Below are positions 55,700 through 64,000 of a DNA stretch of 64,000 nt, piece after piece (position 1 is the stretch's first letter; the number at the start of each line of letters is the position of its first letter). This DNA comes from Paragordius varius (Eukaryota > Animalia > Nematomorpha): NCBI GenBank assembly GCA_964247055.1, contig OZ176052.1:10168001-10232000 (forward strand), given 5' to 3'. Position numbers and translations under genes: made by a program. Under the pieces are notes generated by a model. It saw only the letters and a list, made by a program, of their open reading frames with translations. It ran no database searches and was not told the origin of the DNA.

Positions 55700-56573
55700 G
55701 TGGCTTTGTGATCTGTTTCCGGAAAACCGGTAGATTCATTCAAATCCAAACATCAAAAAAATATAATTATTAATGCCCGACATTAGCTTCGCCCTTTTTT
55801 TGAAATAGGCCCCCAGTTCGGGCCCACCCCGTGTGTAAAACGGTTTTTTTTGAAAACAGAAGTCCACAAAAATCGTGTCTTTTAGACAATTTTTCGGAGA
55901 ACGTGTTGGACCATTCATTTTCAAATATGATGTTTGTTTATTTATTTTCGATTGCGCCGAACATAGTCGGCTCGCTTTTTTAATTTAGGCCCTCTTTTTA
56001 CCTGCTCCCCCCGTAAAATGCCACTGTTTTCAAAAAACAAAGTCCACAAAAATAAAGTTTTAAATCTATGTTTCGCCCAAGGTATGAAACCGTAAAAATT
56101 CAATAAATTCCACGTATTCCCTGTTAAAAAGCAAACATTTAAATCAAGCGTTTTTTTGATGATAGCTGCTGGGTAAGGAGCTACCCGCTAAATACTGATC
56201 CGTCATGTGGCCATGTGTTTCCGGAAAACCGGTAGACCCATTCGAATCCAAACATCGAAAAAATATAATCATTAATAAATGCCCCGACAATAGCTTCGCC
56301 CTTTTTTGAAATAGGCCCCCAATTCGGGCCCACACCGTGTGAAAAACGTTTTTTTTGAAAACAGAAGTCCACAAAAATCGTGTCTTTGAGACAATTTTCC
56401 GAAGAACGTGTTGGACCATTCATTTCAAATTTGTTTACTTATTTTCGATTGCGCCGAACATCGACTCGCTTTTTTAATTTAGGCCCTCTTTTTACCTGCC
56501 CCACCGTAAAATGCCACTTTTTTCAAAAAACAAAGTCCACAAAAATAATTTTTTAAATCTATTTTTCACCCAT
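55700..56573 (-). repeat. Dispersed ~460-bp repeat, two tandem copies (55700-56175, 56210-56573)
   Basis: Direct duplication visible, e.g. TTTCCGGAAAACCGGTAGA at ~55716 and ~56218; inverted relative to 46845-47300. Confidence 0.88.
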
Positions 56574-58280
56574 GTAAACAATATATTAGTATGAATGCAC
56601 CGTTTTAAAATTCCTATGAGATCACAGCTATTAAATAATGTTTCGAAATAATCCATATATGTGGATCATATTGTCCCTTTTTTCAAATACAGCACGAGAA
56701 CGCTAGTAATGTATAAAAGAATAAATATGCATAAATTTTGATATTTAAAATATCAAAATAAGACATTCAATTATCATGGATGTCCGAAAAAAACCGGGTC
56801 GTAATAATGATGTACTTTTTACCAATAATTTAGAAGTGCTATTAAAATACAATCTTTTTAATTTAGCAAGCCCAAGTTTTAAGCTTTTCAAATTGAGAGC
56901 AGCCATCTAGATGTTGTGAAAACCTAATAAAGAGCCAAAATATTAATCTATTTTTGTTATTATTTATACAAAATTTCGTAAAATATTATATATTTTTACT
57001 TATGTATTGAAAATTTTAAATCCAAAAATTTAAATATATATTTTTTCAAAAAAGAGTCATAATGCGGACAATGACTCATATATTTTTTTCACAACCGGCG
57101 TCATTATGGGGGAAGGTCCACTGTAGCCTTTTTGATAATACGCCTACCAAATTAAGTTATTCATCAAAAATAAAATATTGATGGAAATTAAATGAAAACT
57201 TTATTACCTTTTGGCGTAAATTTTATTCCTAAGTGAACTTAAATTCGTTTTCTATTATTTAATATATTGGGACAAATTTAATAATTAGAATTCAGGCTTC
57301 TTAGTCGCATTTTACAAAAAATATTTTAAAAATTATAACATTAAAAAATCCTCATCTTAAACATTTAGCCGCCTTTTACGCTACAATAATAGTGGCATAT
57401 GACATATTAATGAGAATTCATTTATAACTTTAAACTTTTTATTTTGATTATAGAACTTTTGATATTTTAAAATCAGCGTTATCCAGTTGGTCAAAAGTTT
57501 GCATCCAATTTTAGACAAGATTATACAAAATTAGACAATTAAAAGCCTTTACATATGTATAAGTTTGATGAACTATTAAAAATATTATTTTTTATAACGG
57601 ATTATAAGGTTAAAGCTCTTAGCAAAAATATCTCAACGGTATTATACACATAAAAATCAAAACGTAATAAAGTGTTAATACAAATTCAGTTAATGTATTA
57701 ATATTTAATATTAAATCTATTAAGTTGGACAACGAACTTTTTACTACTAATTATAACTGGTGATATTTATAAAGGGGAGTTCCTTTTTTACTGTCCGGGT
57801 AATTGTTTTTGCAAAACAATTTTGATTCCCGCTTTATTGTTTCTATAAAAAGAACATTAATTAAATTTACATATATTATTATAATTGGAAGACAATGCGA
57901 AAAGAGTATAACTAAAATTTGATTGTGCGCCATTCTGTAATATAAATAACAAGTTTTTTGTTAAAAATACATATAAAAATAAAAAATGAAAAAATCATTT
58001 TATAAAACCGGTTGAAACCAAGGTTCCGATTCTAAAGAAAATAATGCCAGTTCAACGATAATGGTTACGTCAATCTGCTCCTCACACAACGCAGTAATTA
58101 TTAAAAAGAATAATTATGGATAGAATAGGCCCTGAACTTTTTGATTTAAAAAAGTGGTTATAAGCACATTTGATTTTTACACTGAATACAAATTATGTTA
58201 ACATTTTTTTAAAATGAAAATTGACGATTATCCATAATATACAATGTCGAATATATTAAATGTTAAAAAAATTATATATA

Positions 58281-58440
58281 TATCAGTCCTTCAATTCGAA
58301 TTGGAGTCGTTGGATAGCCAAGGCTTGATAAAAATAAAATATTTTAAAATATTGGAATTAAAATTGAACCATGGCAAAAGTTTGCACTCATATAACATGA
58401 ACCAAAATATAAAAAAAATCATTTTTAAAATACCTAATAT
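58281..58440. mobile_element. MITE family A arm
   Basis: TCAGTCCTTC..TTGGATAGCCAAGGC...GAACCATGGCAAAAGTTTGCAC matches the 14640-14810 and 29430-29550 copies. Confidence 0.55.
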
Positions 58441-59272
58441 TATCTATTGAGATCTAAATCAAGTAAAAATTTACCAAAAAATGACATGTGTGCTTAAACT
58501 AAATAAAAATAATGCAGATTAAAGCACTTTTCTGTTTATAGGACAACATAAGAGATGTTCATATAATTAATTATTTTTTTGTTAATTTTAACAGTATCTT
58601 CTGCATTTTTGGCATTTTAATTACCCAATATTTAATAAATTTATCATGCCGTAGATGAAAAAACACTATTTAAATAAAAATGACGACAAAATATTTTGAT
58701 GTGGAACTTTTTTTACAAAACAAAATTTATTAATTTATTTAGAATTGGAGGATAAATTAAAATTGGCACCGGCCGCTTTAATAGCTTTTACTAATATCAT
58801 TAAATTAGTTTCGGGTAACCAGATATCTCCATTTTGAACGAAGAGTAAGCTGTTAAAAGAGTAAATATACGCGGCAATATTTTTAACCCATAACCATTAT
58901 TTACTGCAGTAGCTTTTTTAAGTATATGAATTATATTTTGGTGACGTGACTATCATACCTTTTAAGGATCAAAACAAGCGGCAATCCTCTACATTATGTT
59001 AAATTTTTTGACTATAAAATATAAATTTTTAGGAACTTTTAAATTCCAAAACTTAGTCATGATTTTAATATATTTTTACAATAATTTTATTTTAATTTAT
59101 GAGTTAAAAAACTTTCGATTACTAATTATATCGTTTAAATAATTATTTTTTAATTAAGTTCATGACTAATTTTATGAAAAAGACCAAGAGTTATGTATAA
59201 AAGATGTTTTTGTGTTATAGCGCAAATATATTGATCCACTGTTTTTCCATATGTGCCTTGCCTTATTATTAG

Positions 59273-62200
59273 ATGATAGCGCATCAAGCCCCTTCTGACT
59301 TAATACGAAATAATCCCCATGCCGATTTTGAATTAATTCAGAAGGTGGGAAGCGGGACTTATGGGGAAGTCTATAAAGTAATTCTAAATATCTATTTACA
59401 GGGCATTAATATGCACACTTCTGAATTAGCAGCCATAAAAATTGTTAAACTGGATCAAAGTATTTTATTATTTAATATAAGATGATGATTTAAAGTCGAT
59501 TCAGCAAGAAATTATGATGATGAAAGAATGTAAGCATCCAAATATAGTTGCATATATGGAAAGCTATATAAGGTATAATTATTTTATTTATTTTTTAGGC
59601 GAGACAAGCTTTGGATTTGTATGGAATATTGTGGTGGTGGATCCTTACAAGATATATATCACTGTAATAATACTGAAATATTTAGTTTCTTTATTGATAA
59701 GCTCTAAATATTTTTATATTGTAGTAATTGGTTGTCTGAATGAATCACAAATTGCGTATGTTTGTCGAGAAACTCTTAAGGGTCTTTATTACTTACATAG
59801 CCGAGGCAAAATGCACAGGGATATAAAAGTACATATTTTTTTTTCTTGCTGATCTTTATCTTATTATTTAAATCTTCCTAAAAAATATTAATCTATTTTT
59901 AACATATTCACATATATAGGGTGCAAACATTTTGTTAACCGACCAAGGAGATGTAAAGTTGGGTATAATATTTATAAATTATTCTTTAATATCTGGAAAA
60001 AGAAAATATTTTTTTTATTGTTTTAACATATATATATTTTGAATAATATATAGAAAAAGGATGTATCTTACGTTTTTTTGGATTATGGTCAAAGATTTAT
60101 TTGCAATAAAATTGATGTATATATAGATATATGATCAATAAGTTGTTAAATTTTACGATTTATTATTTTGTTAGTTTTCAACGCTTAGCCTTTTTTATAT
60201 TTTATTAAAGCAGGAAGGAGCAATATTTTTTCTAAAAAAATATGACCTTTATAATTATTGTAATTCTGTAAATAAATTCAAGCTGATTTCGGTGTCTCTG
60301 CTCAAATAACCCAAACCATTTGCAAAAGAAAATCCTTCATTGGCACACCTTATTGGTATACTATTAAATTTAATTTAATTTTTTTATAATAATTATTAAT
60401 TATTTGGATAATTGCAAAGTTAAACCTTTAACTTTGATTTTATTTATGATTATGTATTACCCCTGTTATCATAAATTAAATAGTATATGCGTTTATATTT
60501 TTAAGTTCGGTAAATTTTTTAATGATACTATATGTTTTATTTGGTGATACAGCTGAGTTTTAAAACGTGTTACAATTTTTAAAATAAAAGATGATATTTT
60601 TTAAAAAATTAGTATTTATTTTTATATTCAACTAATAGACATAATATTGTCGATATTAGATTTTGGATGCGCTTATAATATAAGATTTCGGTTTAAAAAC
60701 AAAAAATATTATTAAATATACCTGTTTCACCATATTTTTTTTTTATAAAATTTAGCGTTTTTTTTACTATTTAAAAAGTCCTTAAATTTAAAATTATTTT
60801 ACATCGATTTGTAGGATGGCCCCCGAAGTTGCCGCGGTGGAACGCAAAGGCGGTTATAACCAACAATGTGATATCTGGGCCGTTGGCATTACCGCTATTG
60901 AATTAGCTGAACTCCAACCCCCTATGTTTGAATTACATCCTATGCGGTAAAAAATACATTATTTTTTAGCTTCTTTACTACTCGTTTTTGTGTCATTTTT
61001 TTAATATTAGGTTAATCATCCGATATGATAATGTATTTTGTAGTAAACATTACAAAGGCAAAGTGTAAAAAACTAAATTAAAAATTTATTTATATAAGAA
61101 AACTATATTTAGACCTTGTTTTTATACCTATCGTTTTGGGTTTGCGAATTCAGGAATAGAGCCGTAAATTGGTAACACACTTAATTATATATTCAACCAT
61201 TGTAATCATTTAGCTCTAGATAAAATCGCAAAAAATATTTTATTATAAATATTAGTCTTTTTCATGTTTTTACTTTCTTTGTAATTTTAATTTTCACTGC
61301 ATATATTTTGAGTTTTTTCTTTACCTTATGTATAAATACTATTATTATATGATGATGAATAATTTTTTGCATATATATTTATTTAGGGCCCTTTTCCTCA
61401 TGTCCAAAAGTGGGTTCAAACCACCGACACTTAAAAACAAAATGAAATGGTAAATATAGAACTTCGTTTTTATTTACAAAAATATCATACATATATTTTT
61501 AAATGTTAAATATACTAAATACTTTTTTTGTTTTTTTTGTTACTATACAAAAATATTAAAAATAATAAATTAAAAACAATAATTGTGTTGGATTCCCACT
61601 AAACACCATATTTAAAATTAAAATACACTTTTTATAAAACATTGTTTTGATGTTCAGGTCCGTTGTATTTCAGAACTTTATCAAAGTTGCCTTGACCAAA
61701 AACCCACGTAAAAGACCCTCCGCCGACAAGTTATTAACGGTAATTTATTATTCGCAAATACAATGTATATAATCTTTATGTAACAGCTTACAGTCAAAAT
61801 ATTAGATTTTGGATCCTTATTTATTATTCTTATTGTAAAAATATATCTAGTTGATTTTAAAAATTTATAATCATTTTACAGTGTATTTATTATATTACAT
61901 TGCTAATTTTTCATTTAATGTTGTTAGCATTTATGGGAAACAGCAATATTATTATATGCATAATCTTTGCTTATTACACTATAATAGGGCAATTCGCAAT
62001 ACAATATATCAAAAAAGAAAGGAAATATTGTTTATTTAACATTTTGTTGCTTTTTCCATTCACTATTGTGTTGCATATTGCTAAATATAGTGTTAAATAA
62101 GCAACCATTAAAAAATATATTTTTTTCTAATCACCAACTTTAAAGCAAAAATATTTTTGTAAAAACTATTTGGCAACATTTATGATTAAATATTTTTATC

Positions 62201-63380
62201 CATGTTTTAGCATTCATTTGTACGGAATCCAAGCCTAAGTAATCGCCTGGGCCGTGATTTATTAGATCGTGTTAATAATCCTTCAAGGAAACAATCAGCA
62301 ATACCAACTCAAACTCCAGAACCCAAATCTGATATCCTTACCGGTTCTGGTAAAAATGGTAAATTTTGATGTTAATTTTTTCAGTTTATTTTGGAGATTG
62401 TTGATAATTTATATTTTTTAACTTTCAGTAGTACTCAAATCGCGGCCCTAAATTAATTATTTTTATTATTAGTGTAAATATTTGCGAATGTTTTAAACAG
62501 TTATAAACTTTCTATCAGTATCATATTGTGCACGACCCTTGCGACAAACGGCCCTTTAACTTTGTTTGGTGACCGTTTGAGGGTGGCTAAAATTCTAATT
62601 ATATGTTATTCAGTCGGTTTTTTTCGAATATAAGGAAGTCAAATTTTAAAATATTTGTGGGTAATGCGATGAAACTCTAGCTTGTATTCATGGGAAAATA
62701 GTTTTGACAAGACGATTTTTAACTTAGAATGTTGATTGAGGTGGGGGGGAAGCAATATAATAATAACATTTAAAGAGGCAAATAATTCACAGTGTTTTGA
62801 TATGTTTATAACCAAATCTTTGCAGAGTGAATAAGAGTTACAATTTTTATTAAAATAAAAGAGAAATTAAATATATTATTATTTGTATTAAATGGTCAAT
62901 ATATATATGACTTTTTATCTTATTTCAACAGAATCACTTTCAACTTCAACCCAATTAAATGATCAACCACACCACCAATTAGACCCTAAACAACTAATAG
63001 AAAGTAGAAGTCCCAAATTACGACAACCTATAATGGGTTTACCTCCTAGACCGATGCAATCGCCAGCCCTATATAAAGTTCGACATACCACTACCAATGA
63101 TGTTTCTGAACTAATTGAAAAACAAAATAATCAAACACCAAATAATACCAATTTTAACTCTAGTGATAATTCAATTGTTCATCAAATGAATATTTTACCT
63201 GTCAAAGATTTAAATTCTGCTATAATTGAGGGAAGTAATAAGGAAATTCCCCAAAATAGACACAGTTTTAATGGGAATTGGTGTACTCAGCCAAATGAAA
63301 TAAACAACAATTATAATGGTCAAGTTTTGAAAAATAGTGGTGATATAGTAATACCTGAAATGATGGATAATAAGGTTAAT
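59273..63380 (+). CDS. GCK-I STE20 kinase, MAP4K3/MAP4K5 (happyhour)-like; 5' part only, continues beyond the window
   Basis: [44 protein letters not shown]|GANILL, DFGVSAQ, FIGTPYW|[43 protein letters not shown]|[20 protein letters not shown]. The C-terminal CNH domain was not reached. Confidence 0.95.
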
Positions 63381-63431
63381 TATTGTTTATATTTAATTTA
63401 AAAGAGATATATCAAATATTGCTAAATTTTG

Positions 63432-63724
63432 TATACCATTTACAGTTCAAATTCACCCTTGAACAATTCAAATTCACCCTAAAAATAAAATATGTGTTTT
63501 CGAACTAATATAACTCATTATTATTTTAAAATATAACTTTATGGCATAATTAATTATTTTTTTCAGTATTATTTAATTTAAAACAAAATTTTATTTTATA
63601 AAAATATATTAAAATATAGGTAATTTTAATCTTAAAAAACATATTATTTATTTGAGGGCGAATTTGAATTGTTCAAGGGTGAATTTGAATTGTTTAAGGG
63701 TAAATTTGAACTGTAAATGGTATA
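63432..63724. mobile_element. MITE family B, copy 2, in a MAP4K intron
   Basis: TATACCATTTACAGTTCAAATTCACCC ... GAATTTGAACTGTAAATGGTATA with ~19-bp subterminal repeats. Confidence 0.8.
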
Positions 63725-64000
63725 TTATACTAGAATTTAATTCACATTTGAACACTATATATTCATATTTAACCATTTTTAATTTTAATTACTCTCAATT
63801 AAATTCTCCCCTCAATGCTTACAGATTCACCCTTAAACATTTTTGAATGGTTATTTTGATCATATGCTATTTAACACAAATTTTTTTATATAATTGAGAT
63901 TAAATACTTGTGTTGACCATAATTTAACCAATTTTTGCTTTTGCACTTTATTCTCTTTTATTATGATTTATTTCAAATATAAATATTTTTTTAGCTATTC

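Noticed and set aside
58760-59000. Possible minus-strand gene divergent from MAP4K (contains a 21-nt intron-like segment)
   Set aside because: No start-to-stop phase-consistent model; peptides unrecognised.

Overview
AT-rich (roughly 25% GC by eye) compact animal nuclear DNA with intron-containing genes. Many GT-AG introns are only 21-29 nt long, a size range seen in highly reduced parasitic metazoans (dicyemid-, orthonectid- or myxozoan-like); the taxon cannot be assigned from sequence alone. All gene models were built by hand from splice sites and remembered protein motifs. In order: MALT1-type paracaspase (-), head-to-head with an evectin/PLEKHB-like PH protein with a Gly-rich tail (+); a tiny NDUFAF8-like gene whose stop lies 3 nt before the ATG of an intronless UTP6 (+); a trypsin-type protease with a long unrecognised N-terminal stem (+); KTI12 (+); SLC25A44 (-), with a near-complete RTE LINE carrying a PHD finger in its last intron; ANP32 (-); U4 snRNA (-); a purple/tartrate-resistant acid phosphatase (-); a DNA-transposon island; and the 5' part of a MAP4K3/5-type kinase (+). 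Long introns and intergenic DNA carry MITEs and LINE fragments. The best leads are: (1) an in-frame UAA in MALT1 at the position of conserved Trp580, with an apparently intact C-terminal Ig domain behind it (editing/readthrough versus error); (2) the NDUFAF8-UTP6 stop/start junction with a +1 frame break early in UTP6; (3) the ultrashort-intron system together with a variant U4 Sm site. Assembly indels or substitutions remain a live explanation for the frame and stop anomalies. No CRISPR array, rRNA or tRNA was found.
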